Of a stretch of DNA of 64,000 nt, positions 1-13,150 are shown in pieces. The position numbers and the translations under genes were made by a program. Numbering within the stretch: the stretch's first letter is position 1; each line of letters starts with the position of its first letter. Origin of the DNA: Chrysomallon squamiferum (Eukaryota > Animalia > Mollusca); the NCBI GenBank assembly GCA_012295275.1, contig CM022678.1, forward strand, positions 4,712,001 through 4,776,000, in the 5' to 3' direction. The notes beneath the pieces are model-generated. The model saw nothing but the letters and a program-made list of their open reading frames with translations, was not told the origin of the DNA and did no database searches.

Positions 1-1190
1 CATTTTGCTTACTTTTAATATATATAATACATTGTTATATTATCTTATATTTATAACTATTTATTTTCATATTATGATATATCAACATTAACAGTCCAAC
101 ACGAATATTAAAAACACGAGATAGTCTTCACCGAAGTCATAGTTAACGTCGTGGTTGTTGGCACCGGGTAAGTCAGAGTGTTGTCGATATTGTCTTGTGC
201 ACAAATAGATCGGAACTGTATTTGTCTTCAATATTGATTTATTGGAATACTCTTCGTTTTTTCCTTTTAGGAAACAAACTAATTACTCGTTTCCATTGTT
301 TCAGTTAACAGACAAACAGGCGTGGATAAGTAATTCGTTGTACAAAAGGAACACGTTTTAATGAGTGCTTCGATGCAAATGTCGATATGAAATATATAAA
401 TACTGACACAGACAATGTGTGATAGAATTAAACTTGAAGAAGTGAAGTGTTTCTTTTTTTTCTTGAGAAAACATTAGCATGTAATTGGTTTTCATGAATT
501 GTTATGACTTATCTATATAATTTGTTCTGCAGTGATTATGTCGATAGAGTCTGAAAGCGAGTTATCTGTTTATATTTTTCTAATAGAAACGCAGATACAA
601 TCAAAAAATAAATGTTTTATGTTTGCCTACACTCCAGTATAAAAGAGGAATTTCCACTGGTGCATGAAATTGGATGCTGCAAAATAAATGTAATAGATAA
701 CATACAAGCCTTACTGTTATACATTAAATATTTAACTATAATTTCAATAATCATAATATAATCTATTTATATGTACTGAATCGTAATTAATATCTCAAAC
801 ACTATACATTTTCTATAATCCATGGACTGCAGTTGTTTTGCAGTTATTATAAAACAGTTTCGTTTTCTTTTTCTTTTTCTAGCTACAAGTGTGATCACGT
901 GATATCCAGCTTGTTATTGATGGTTCACAAGAATTAAGATTGAAATTATTGAAAAGCATTATAGTTTGAAATATTCAAAGAAAAAAGTTTCAAATGAATC
1001 ATAATGTAAATATTTATAAACTAATTTTCAAAACAAAGTAGAAAACAGAAGACATGGAATAATCAACACCTGAATTGCAATAAAACTCTCGAACTTTGCA
1101 AATTTTGTTTAACCCATAATGATTACTAAATCGAACATCGAACAATTTTTAATTAATTTTTTTTTTTTTTTTTTAGTTACATGATATCCA
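1..1190 (-). pseudogene. Empty PAN-FReD locus: 3' flank joined directly to the first codons and upstream region of a B-type gene
   Basis: 1-115 matches the 3' flank of gene B (~8214-8365). 117-1070 matches the B start codon and upstream region (~11600-12465). The coding region between them is absent. Confidence 0.7.
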
Positions 1191-1713
1191 GCGTGATTTC
1201 CAGCCTTTGTAAGCGAAACTGGTAATCGTCTTTCTGGATGATTCACAGCAGTTAAGACTGAAGCGACTGACAAGCAAAAATTGCGAGAGACGGTTAGTGG
1301 TTTAGCCTGGCGGTATGTGGTATTGCACTGTCATGTCGAAACAGAAAACCAGGATGCTGCTGCAGGAATGTTAATGACCACTGGTGTAGTGATCTCGTCG
1401 CAGTCGTGTTTCCGAGATCTCCTTCACCTGCACCATAAATGCCGGAACAGACAATGACGCCGGCACCGCCGTATCGGTCATTCTGAATAACGTTGTCTGC
1501 ATCATATCGTTCTCATACATGACGCCTGCCATCAGCAAACTGAACACAAAACCTGGATTCGTCTGTGAAGAAACGTCTGATCTCATTGTCTGCGTCGCCT
1601 GTGTTGATGTATTCTGGCCCCTTTGAGACTTTCCTGAAGGTGACGAGCTGTCAGGGGAACATCTACAACAGGGCGACGTGCTTGTAATTCAGCAGTATGG
1701 AGACGGTTACGGA
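1191..1713 (-). mobile_element. Degenerate Tc1/mariner-type DDE transposase fragment
   Basis: GC-richer island. One minus-strand frame reads FFTDESRFCVQFADGRRHV*ERYDADNVIQNDRYGGAGVIVCSGI...FLQQHPGFLFRHDSAIPHTAR, matching Tc1 motifs (FTDESRF, DRYGGGSVMVWAGI, FQHDNARPHTAR). Internal stop and deletions; no TIRs identified. Confidence 0.8.
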
Positions 1714-2161
1714 CATTAACAGTCCAACACGGATATTAAAAACATGAGATACTTTTCACAGAAGTCATAGTTAACGTTGTGGTTGTTGGCACCGGGTGTT
1801 GTCGATCTTGTCTTGTGCGCAAATAGATCGGAGCTGTATTTGCCTTCAATATTGGTTTATTGGAATACTCTTTGTCTTTTTCTTTTAGGAAACAAACTAA
1901 TTACTCGTTTCCATTGTTTCAGTTAACAGACAAATAGGCGTGGATAAGTAATTCGTTGTACAAAAGGAACACGTTTTAATGAGTGCTTCGTCGCAGCTGT
2001 CGATATGAAATATATAAATATTGACACAGACAATCTGTGATACAATTAAACTTGAAGAAGTGAAATGTTTCTTTTTTTTGTAGAGAAAACATTAGCATGT
2101 AATTGGTTTCCATGAATTGTTATGACTTATCTATATAATTTGTTCTGCAGTGATTATGTCG
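1714..2161 (-). pseudogene. Second copy of the empty-locus junction
   Basis: Near-direct repeat of ~86-545, including the same 3'-flank/start-codon junction. Confidence 0.7.
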
Positions 2162-2189
2162 ATACAAACACTGGTTTTGTCTGTAAATG

Positions 2190-2237
<48 letters not shown>

Positions 2238-2412
2238 AAATAGCATCATCATCATCATTATTATGATCACAAGGCAACTTCGTTCGTCCTTTGTGGATGA
2301 GTAACAGCATAAAATATTGAAATATCTGAAATATATATATTTTTATCTTACAGGCAAACACACACACAAAAATGAAAAAAATATAATAAACAAATCAATT
2401 CATTAATATTTA

Positions 2413-2444
<32 letters not shown>

Positions 2445-2526
2445 GTAGAACATAGAAGAAAAACCAGGATGAACACCATAATGATCACAGGTCTCTGTGT
2501 GTCCACGTATTTTGTGTCTGTTTTAA

Positions 2527-2865
2527 CTACGGCACAAACTTAGATGGTCTTATTTTCATCACTGTTCTTTTAAGAGTGTAATCCCAGTTATTTCTCCATA
2601 CAGACCACCAAATAGCACTTGGATCAGTCTTGTTCGCGTTTCTGTAGATGCCATTCAAATTGGAATGGACACAGAATCTGTACCACCACGCGCCTCTGTG
2701 TTCTTTAGCACAGTCCGAAGACGATTTGTCTACGTCTTTGTCTTTTGTACTGAAATAACAACCATTGTGCCACTCAAGACCATCACCTAAAAAATAAAAA
2801 ATGAAAATAATAATAATAAAAAAATACAACTTCAAAACAGCAGCAATTGATAAATAAATAAATAA

Positions 2866-2896
<31 letters not shown>

Positions 2897-3485
2897 AATA
2901 ATAATAATAATGATGATGATGATGATGATAATGATGATGATGATAATAATAATAATGAAAGATTTCATAATCTCATTTACAATGATAAAATCTTTGACAG
3001 TGATGAAATAAAGATTGGGATGACGAAAAGTATGATCAGAATTATCTTAATAATAATATGATCACAGTAATAAAAATAATGATGATCATCATGATGATAA
3101 CAATAATTACAATGCTGCTACTACTATTACTACTAATAATAACGAAGATGATGACGATAATGAAAACGACAATTATAATAATAACCGAAAGAAAAAGAAA
3201 AAGAAAAGAAAAGGAAATAAATGAGAAAAGGAACAAGGAAATTTAGTAAAAGAAAGTTAATATCAAATGTTATCACATTAAATCATGACAAAAATCTGAT
3301 GTAATTACAAATCACAGTACCAGCAGTTCCACTGTAATTGGCTATAGACAACTGGAAATTATCGTCTTCTCCTGCTATCGAGAAATTCTTGTAGGAGGCG
3401 TAGGTCCTGCTCCCTACAAAATCTTCTAAATCTACCCTCAGTTCATAAAGTCCTTGAGTAGTCAGTCTGTGAATATTGGTGTTAC
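2527..3485 (-). CDS. PAN-FReD gene A, exons 4-5 only (5' part lost at the gap)
   Basis: Exon 4 3485-3321 (165 nt, [23 protein letters not shown]...YSGTAG). Exon 5 2786-2527 ([19 protein letters not shown]...GAWWYRFCVHSNLNG...MKIRPSKFVP*). GT-AG sites, open frame, canonical FBG motifs. Confidence 0.8.
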
Positions 3486-3576
3486 CTAATAAGAATAATA
3501 ATGATAATAATAATAATAATAAAAAAATTAATAATTATAATAATAAATGTTTCTAATAAAATGTTCACTTCACAAT

Positions 3577-3776
3577 NNNNNNNNNNNNNNNNNNNNNNNN
3601 NNNNNNNNNNNNNNNNNNNNNNNNNNNNNNNNNNNNNNNNNNNNNNNNNNNNNNNNNNNNNNNNNNNNNNNNNNNNNNNNNNNNNNNNNNNNNNNNNNNN
3701 NNNNNNNNNNNNNNNNNNNNNNNNNNNNNNNNNNNNNNNNNNNNNNNNNNNNNNNNNNNNNNNNNNNNNNNNNNNN
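3577..3776. other. Assembly gap (200 N)
   Basis: Run of N. Confidence 1.
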
Positions 3777-4845
3777 CCACCAAGCTCCTTGATAGTATAC
3801 AGCACAGTTCCGACTTGCCCTGTCCAGATCTTTGTCTTTCGTAGTGAAATAACAGCCATTTTGATATGACAGAGCATCACCTGAAAAATAGTGATTAAAA
3901 AACATTTGATTATCTACTTGTTATTTAGGCTATACATTAATCTCAGTGTTCTTTAGCACAGTCCAAAGACGATTTGTCTACGTCTTTGTCTTTTGTACTG
4001 AAATAACAATCATTGTGCTACTCAAAACCATCACCTAAAAAATGAAATTAAAATTAATAAAATATACAACTTCAATAGACCAGCAATAAATAAATAAATA
4101 AATATATAATAATAATAATAATAACGATGATGATGATGATAATAATAATACTGAAATATTTCATAATCTCATTTACAATGTTAAAATCTTTGACAGTGAT
4201 GCGATGAAGATTGGGATGATGAATAGTATGATCATAATGATCTTAATAATAATATTAATGATAATAATCATGGTCATAATAATAAAAAATAATGATGATC
4301 ATCATGATGATAACCGTAATGACAATACTATTACTACTATTACTACTAATAATAATGAAGATGATGATGGTAATGAAAAAGACAGTTATGTTAATAATTA
4401 AAAGACAAAGGAAAAGAAAAGAAAAGGAAATATAGGAAAAGGAATAAGGAAATTTAGTAAAAGAAAGTTAATGTCAAATGTTATCACATTAAATCATAAC
4501 AACAAATCTGATGTAATTACAAATCCCAGTACCAGCAGTTCCACTGTAATTGGCTATAGACAACTGGAAATTCTTTTCTTCTCCTGCTATGGAGAAATTC
4601 TTGTAGGAGGCGTAGGCCGTGTTCCCTTCAAAATCTTCTAAATCTACCCTCAGTTCATAAAGTCCTTTAGTAGTCAGTCTGTGAATATTGGTGTTACCTA
4701 ATAAAAACAACAATATAGGAATAATAATAAATGTTTCTAATAAAATGTTCACTTCGTAATGAAACAAAATCAATATTAAAAGAACGTTTCGTCTTCACAA
4801 TTGATACATGCATTCAGAAATCTTTTTGTGAATATTGGTGTTACC

Positions 4846-4888
<43 letters not shown>

Positions 4889-5703
4889 TACTATGATGAT
4901 GCTTATAATGACCATCATCAGTATCATGATGATGATGATATCAATACGAACAACGATACTTATGTAGCAAGAAATGTTGCACAAAATACGAACATTTATC
5001 TTTTTCAGATTCCATTTGCATCGAAAAGATAATCAGGTTTAAACATACCCAGCCAGAACTCATTGCGTAAATTTCCGAAACCGTCTTTATATTCATTCCA
5101 AGTTCTGTAGAAATCTTCAGATCCGTCAGTTCTTCTCTGGAAAACCTCATTAAATAAGGAAACAGGTGAGTATGAACTTTGATTGCGCAGTCTTGTCCAA
5201 ATCGTCATATGATGGCCAGATACTAAACAGTATATATACACACATACATACAGACATACATACAGACATAAGTAGTAAAAAAGAAAGAAAACAAAAGAAA
5301 CGAATATAACAATCTATTGAATGGTCAGTTAATTAAGGAGCAGAAACTGTAAATAAATCTCCGAATCTGGCGAAATACCAAGCCATAAAAGATGTGTGTT
5401 TCACAATTTAACTTACTGTGCACCAACTGTTACCTGACAGGGTGAGTATAAGTGTTTAAAAGTCTGCAGATATGTTTCTGAGTGTGTTTTTGTGTATATA
5501 AAAATATTCATGACTTACCAACCATCCTCCATTACTAATCTCACAGTAGACACGGATTGGCTGCCCAGCGTCATCTGGGTGAAGCAAATAAATCCCATCA
5601 GTCTGAAATCCTTTCTTCATGACATCGTAACAATCAGCAAGTACAACATCTGTACAGAGAAATCAGTGTATTCTGAACAAAATATTTCGGGGTAAATACA
5701 AAC

Positions 5704-5754
<51 letters not shown>

Positions 5755-6325
5755 TAATAACAATAGTAATAACAATAATAATAATAACAATATTAATAAC
5801 AATAATAATAATAACAGTATAATAATAATAAAAATGATGAGGATGAGGAGGGGGATCATAATAATAATAATAATAAGAAGAAGAAGAAGAAGAACAACAA
5901 CAACAACAACAACAGCAACAACAACAAACAAATTAGGAAGTTGACAAACACAATCGAGAAATGTTATGAAAGAAAGATAATAATTTACCGAAACGTCGCA
6001 TTCCCGAATATTTTTCAAAAGTGGAACGAAAAACATCTTCACCGTATAACAAACAATTGTTGTCAGTGGTCGAATAGAAAATACTTCGACAGTTGGAAAC
6101 ACGATAACACTGTATAGCACACTCTAATCGTGTTGAAGTTGTCATTTCTTTTATGCCTTGGATCTTGGGTTTTACGTTCTGAAACAATCGTGATTCATGA
6201 AAGAAAGTTTGTACTGAAGCCAGAAGCGGAACAGACATCTGAGGCAGCTGTTGTCTTAAAGAGGATGAAAATAATGACTACAAAGTCCTTCAGGAGAAAC
6301 ACATTCTAGAAGTCAGAGAAATCAT
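3777..6325 (-). pseudogene. PAN-FReD gene A2, probable pseudogene
   Basis: Exon 1 ~6325-5989 (class II PAN, RLECAIQCYRVSNC; frameshift after CSASG). Exon 2 5649-5519, exon 3 5145-5049, exon 4 4697-4533. A dead exon-5 fragment (4034-~3945, TAG at the W codon) is followed by a second exon 5 (3880-3777) running into the gap. Confidence 0.75.
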
Positions 6326-7539
6326 ACTTGACGTGGTCTTTCTCGTTTTCTTTGTGCTCTTTTTGAGAGAAATCACACTGTTGTTGTTCTTGTCGTCTTC
6401 ACCGCAATTGTGAGCTTGCTAATTGATCCTATGATACTATCTTCTGATTTTTTAATGTATATAAACTGAAAGTGACAATCAACATTATTAAAATGCACAA
6501 GGTAGATTGACTTATTCAACTGATTCACTGATGTGTTAATGGAAGATTAATTTAATTCGAAACACTGAGGTTTCGTTCGAAAAAGCATTATGTATTTTTT
6601 ATTTGTAAAACAAAATCATGCACTGAAAACAGCAACAGTAAATTTACACTTGAATAAATATGCTCATACATGCATTTATACATACATACCAACACCGAAA
6701 TCATATATACATATGCAAATAAAGGTGCTCTATTTCAAACATGCTTTCTCTCGATGTTTCAGTACAAAGTAAATTTTAAATTAGTTTTCTTCTGAAGAAA
6801 AAAAAAAGGAGATAAAAAATGGCGAATATGGATCTATTATTTCGACAAAGACAGAGCAATATAACGAGAAAATGTATCTTCAATCAACTTTGGTTTTTTA
6901 ATGCATTCAGAGCAAAAAAATTATTCAATATTTTAAAATACTGCAGTTAACTAGATTCACTGTGGAATTGATAATATGAATGAATCAATGCTTAATTTTT
7001 ATTGGCGAATGTCTTGCAATAATATTATTATTGATTCTCTTAGAATCAGACACTGGTCAACAGCAGTCTTTCTTCAGAAGTGTCATTAAAGGAACATTCA
7101 TTAAAGACGTATTCGTTCTTTGTATTGTTGTGTCAGTAAGAATGATATTAAAACCAAATTCCCTTTACTTAGAAAAATTAAATGTTTCACTTTTTCCTGT
7201 CTACTTAATCAAAGACAGAGAGTGTTAGAGTGATGAAGCAAAGAATAAAGTATTCTAGCAAAAAATGTTTCCGATAAAGCAGCGGTCAAAAAAAAAAAAA
7301 AAAAAAAAAATACAGAGAAAGAAAAATTGGTATGTAATAAGTAAGAAAATAAGGCCAAATGAAAACATACGCACATCCACAATAAAAATCAAATCACTAA
7401 AAAAAACACACATATAATTTTATCATTTTATTTATTTTAACAAAATACTGAAAAGGGACACTTCACTAGAGTAAATAAGTGAACATGAAGTAGCTCGTCT
7501 CTTAAGAAGAAAACAACAACAGTAACTGACGCATCAAGA

Positions 7540-7842
7540 GCAATGTCAAATACGTCTTCTGTGAAAATAATTTTGTTCGTGTATGGCTCCGTGACTGCCG
7601 TCGTCTGGCCAATTTGGAACCAGTTTTTATGAATCACGTTGGTTTAGTGATCGAAAAACCTACGAAATATCAGTTAACAGAAGTAACATTTTCACTACAA
7701 TGTGCAACAAACGTCTTACTACAACATTCTTGGCTGTCGAACTATTTTCTATTCTTTCAGCGATAATATTTGTCCTTTCTCATACGGTGACCATGTTGTT
7801 CTGCCAACCTTTGAAGTCCATCCAAGTAGGAAACGTTATGGT
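7540..7842 (+). pseudogene. Isolated, decayed PAN exon-1 remnant
   Basis: GCRTIFYSFSDNICPFSYGDHVVLPTFEVHPSRKRYG aligns with the family [36 protein letters not shown]. Frameshifted upstream; no downstream exons on this strand. Confidence 0.7.
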
Positions 7843-7883
7843 GAAAATGTTATTTTAATTATAATAATACTTCATGAAAGAAT

Positions 7884-8048
<165 letters not shown>

Positions 8049-8225
8049 GTCTGTCTCTCTGTATTAACTAAACATCAAAATTTGATTTGTTCTAAAGAAT
8101 GACAAAAATAAATTCACTCAGCAAAGCTGACGACCATTTTATTGTGACGTTATTTCGTTGATACAAATCAAATATTACAATGAGGAACAAGTTGTCTTTT
8201 TGATCTTTAATAGCATTTTTTTTGC

Positions 8226-8278
<53 letters not shown>

Positions 8279-8392
8279 CATTGTTATATTATCTTATATT
8301 TATAACTATATATTTTCATATTATGATATATCAACATTAACAGTCTAACACGGATATTAAAAACATACATCAAATTAAACATGATTGCCAAA

Positions 8393-8667
8393 CTACGAAA
8401 CAATCTTAGATGGTTTTATTTTCATAACAGTTATTTTCTTTAAATGTCTTCTAGAAAGTAGAGGGGACCATTTGCATTGATGCCACCAAGCCAAAGTTTC
8501 ATCAATCTTATTTTTATCATACACCCCATTGAAATTGGAATATGTCCAATATCTGTACCAGCAGCCACCTTTAAATTTTTCAGCACAGTTGATAGATTCC
8601 CCAGCAAAGTCTTTGTCTTTTGCACTGAAGTTACAACCGTTATGCATTTGGAGACCATCACCTAAAA

Positions 8668-8727
<60 letters not shown>

Positions 8728-8812
8728 TGTATGTATCTATGTATGTATGTATGTATATATGTATGTATATATGTATGTATGCATTTTACACAGAAACAAC
8801 TCTCTCTCCAGC

Positions 8813-8845
<33 letters not shown>

Positions 8846-9337
8846 ACATATACATATGTCATTCACTACTGATAAAAATCACGTATAAAACATGTCTATA
8901 TAACACGTTCAGATACCAATATATTTGTTTAATGTGTAGATGATTCTATTAAAATTGCATATCTATAAGAACAAACTTGACATCTTGGTTTAGGAAATAC
9001 TACTGAGGCTGTTCAGTAAACAGAATAATGTTTGTGTCTTTGTCGTTATTCCTATTTTCCAAAACTCTTCAGTCTTCATTCATCCTGTATTTGATGTAAA
9101 ATAAAATATTCTCTGGTATAACAACCATAATAATAATTAAAAAACAGTAATGTAAGTGTAATTCTAATTACTAGCAGTTCTGCTGTAGTTGGCTACTGAC
9201 AACTGGAAATTCTTTTCATCTCCTGCTATAGAGAAATTCTTGTAGGAGGCATAGGAAACGTTCTCGTCTAAATCTTCTAAATCTACCCTCAGTTCATAAA
9301 CTCCTTGAGTAGTCAGTCTGTGAATATTCGTGTTACC

Positions 9338-9393
<56 letters not shown>

Positions 9394-10164
9394 GTATTAT
9401 ATTTGATAAAGAATTATAACTCAACTTTCAAAGAAAATATCTCTCCATTAAGTCCACCAATGAAAACATTTAACATAGTTTAAACATACCCAGCCAGAAC
9501 TCATTGCTCAAATTTCCGAAACCGTCTTTGTATTCATTCCAAGTTCTGTAAAAATCTTCCGATCCGTCTGTCCTTCACTGAAAAACCTAAAAATATAAAC
9601 ACACTCACAAGTACACCGGTTTGTAAGAAATAAGCAAAAGGAAATAGACTGAAAGATAGACAGATAGGTAGGTAGATAGGAAAGGAGGTATACAGCTAGC
9701 TAAATAGATAGAAAGAAAGATAGATATACAGATGGGGAACAAATATATATATATATTAATACGATTTAGATGCCGGTAAAATTAAATAATTGAAATATGT
9801 TTTTGACCATTGTAATATCCTTTAAGAACAAAACATGCGACTTTAAAGATCATTCTTAAAATTATTAGTTCAGTTAATCAGCGGCCAGTTTCTGTTTAAA
9901 ACACAAATTTAAAATTTATAATTCCGAGGCTTTCGTTGACGTCCGCCGAAACATAATTTATGTGAGCAACAAAAAGAAAACCGGAGACCTGGGCGAACAA
10001 AACACTTTCACAAGAGAAGCTGCTGCATACATATCCAGTGATTTCTTTCATCTTCACGGAGGTCAAGGTAGAGCATTTTGAAACTTTTGTCCTGCATAAT
10101 TTTATCGGCTGTTTTGGTGCAGTAATTGTATGGCATAAACTGAGTCAGTAAGAGCGTATTGGTT

Positions 10165-10259
<95 letters not shown>

Positions 10260-10936
10260 TATATATGTTTATGTTTATATAAACATAAACGTAACTTAAA
10301 ATTTGACATTAACATAATTATCTTGTTATTCACGTAACCGATTCTGTCATTAATAGTTGTTACTTTGCTGATAAGGTTTGCTAGTGGATAATTTAATTAT
10401 GTTAATTTGCTTTTGTTTATTTTCCAAATGTTTTTGTGAAATGATCAATAAATAAGTGAAACTGTACTCCGTGATCATATGTTATATTATTTATGATGTT
10501 GCTAGTATTATACCATCACCGTAATAAACCATTGTCTAAATTTACTAATCCATTTCTTAATCCCTGAACGCTTACCTCCCCTTACAAGTAAGTAGCTTAG
10601 GTAAGGTGGCCGTGAAGCTATGAAAACTTTATATTCCATTATTAATTTCATTACAGACATCATACCTACATATATACATACATGCATACATATTATATAG
10701 ATAGATGGATAAATCAAACCTTTTTAACTTACCAGCCATCCTCCATTACTAATTTCACAATAGACACTGATTGGCTGTCCGCCATCACGTGGTGTTACCA
10801 AGTAAACACCGTCAGTCTGAATTCCTTTCTTCACGACATCGTAACAGTCAGCAGGTACGTCGTTTTCAACATCTGTAAAGTGAATTCAGTGTATTCTGCG
10901 TAAATCTGTGACTCTAATTATTTTAATCTAAAAAGC

Positions 10937-10967
<31 letters not shown>

Positions 10968-10971
10968 GCAA

Positions 10972-11018
<47 letters not shown>

Positions 11019-11623
11019 ATATTATTATTATTATTATTATTAATATTCACGACACCTGCAGGTACGTCGTTTTCAACGTCTAAAAAATCAATTCAGTGTA
11101 TTCTGAGTAAATCTTCTGTCGACTGTCTGCAAATATTTGTTTCTAAAACGCAAATATAATAATAAAAAGAAGAACAAGAACAAGAAGAAGAAGAAGAACA
11201 ACAACAACAACAAAGAAGAAGAAGATGAAAAAGAAAAAGAAGAGGAAGAAAAGATAATGCAATCGACAGAGGAAATGACATAACTACATATTTTTATCTT
11301 AATAACTTACCGAAACGTTGCATGCTCGTATAATTTTCAAATGTCGAATAATTAACTTCATCACCGTGTAACAAACAGACGTTGTCAGTGGTTGAATAGA
11401 AAATACTTCGGCAGCCAGGACGATGATAGCAATTTGCTGCGCACTGTAATCTTCCTCGGGCTGTCATTTCTTTTAAACTTTGTGATTTGGGTTTTAAATC
11501 TCGGAAGAATGGTGATTCGGGGAAATCGGTTCGAACGTTGCCAGAAGCTGGACAGAGTTCGGAGGAAACAGAGGCCTCAAACAGGATGAAAATCGTAAGT
11601 GAGATACTCTTCACAGAAGTCAT
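8393..11623 (-). pseudogene. PAN-FReD gene B, full 5 exons with a nonsense codon
   Basis: Exons 11623-11311, 10872-10733, 9586-9490, 9336-9172, 8661-8393. Exon 3 reads GTT TTT CAG TGA (VFQ*), where some paralogs have CGA. Other exons are open. Confidence 0.8.
10168..10256. repeat. (CT)n microsatellite in gene B intron 2
   Basis: Dinucleotide run; homologous to (GA)n at 61233 in gene O intron 2. Confidence 0.95.
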
Positions 11624-12536
11624 AGTTGACGTTGTGTTTGTTGGCACCGGGTAAATCAGAGTGTTGTCGATCTTGCCTTGTGCACAAATAGATCGGAGCT
11701 GTATTTGCCTTCAATATTGATTTATTGGAATACTCTTTGTGTTTTGAGGAAGATAATTGATTATTCGTTTCCTTTCTTTCGGTTGGATCTGTAAGTCCTT
11801 GTACAAAAGAATAACATGTTTTAATGAGTGCTTCGTCGCAACGGCCGATATGAAATATATAAATACTGTGATAGAATTAAACTTGAAGAAATGAAGTGTG
11901 TGCGTTTTTTTTCTTGAGAAAACATTAACAAGTAATTGCTTTCCATCAATTCCATGAAAGCTAATTATCTGTTTTTATTTTTCTAATAGATTCAATCAAA
12001 GAATAAATGTTTTATCTTTGACTACACTCCAGTACAAAGAGGAATTTTCACTGATGCATGAAATTTGATGCAGTAAAATAAATGTAGTAGATAACATACA
12101 AGCCTTACTGTTACACAATAAATATTTAACTTTAATTCCAATAATCATAATAAAATTGATTTATATGTACTGAATCGTAATTAAAATCTCAAACACTATA
12201 CATTTTCTATAATCCATGGACTGCAGTTGTTTTACAGTTATAATAAAACAGTTTCGTTTTCTTTTCCTTTTTCTAGCTACATGTGTGATGACGTGATATC
12301 CAGCTTGTTATTGCTGGTTCACAACAATTAAGATTGAAATTATTGAAAAGCATTGTAGTTTGAAATATTCAAAGAAAAACGTTTCAAATGAATCGTAACA
12401 TAAGTATTTATAATCTAATTTTCAAAACAAAGTAGAAAACAGAAGACATGCCAGAATCAACACCATAACGAACATTAATTCACACAGACTTCACATATCT
12501 CGCTATATGTCCACGTATTACTGTGTTTTCATCAAA

Positions 12537-12733
12537 CAGTGGGACGAAGTAAGATTGTCTTATTTTTCATAACTGTTCTTTATTTTCGAAACTGCAGTGA
12601 CTTTTTCAGTAGTCAGAACATTTCTGACCAACCACGGACCTTTGTAAGTTTCAGATCAGTTGTCAGCTGAACTGTCCAAGTCTTTGTTCTTTTGTACGGA
12701 AATAACAACCATTGTGCCAGTCAAGACCATCAC
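12537..12733 (-). pseudogene. Orphan decayed FBG exon 5
   Basis: Acceptor followed by GDGLDWHNGCYFRTK..KDLD and a terminal RTVMK-like segment, with internal deletions and frameshifts. Confidence 0.7.
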
Positions 12734-13150
12734 CTAAAAAACAATTATTGCAATACTTTTTATGCCTCTCATTAATCTAACCTCACTCTCATACAAAAAT
12801 CAGACTATTCAAATAAAAATTAAACTTTTTAAATAGTTAAAACTTTCCTGACTTTAATAACGAGGTTACTTCGTTTTCCTATTCTGTATTGTAACAACAA
12901 TATCCACAATCACTACAATATCAGCAACACAAAAAACAGAAGCAGAAATAATAATAAGAAGAAGAAGAAAAAGAAGAAGAAGAAAAAGAACAAAAACAAC
13001 ACCGAGGTCGTGCATCTTTTAGACCTGCACCACATCCAAAACTAGTTTCTAATCTGTTCTTTTTTCCTTCTTCTTCTCCTGTTTTTGTTAAGAATTCCTT
13101 TTCTGTGAACGAATACATATATTTGTCCACTACTTCGTTTTTATATTTTT

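Noticed and set aside
1371-1586. 71-aa ORF MRSDVSSQ…
   Set aside because: Off-frame reading of the Tc1 relic.
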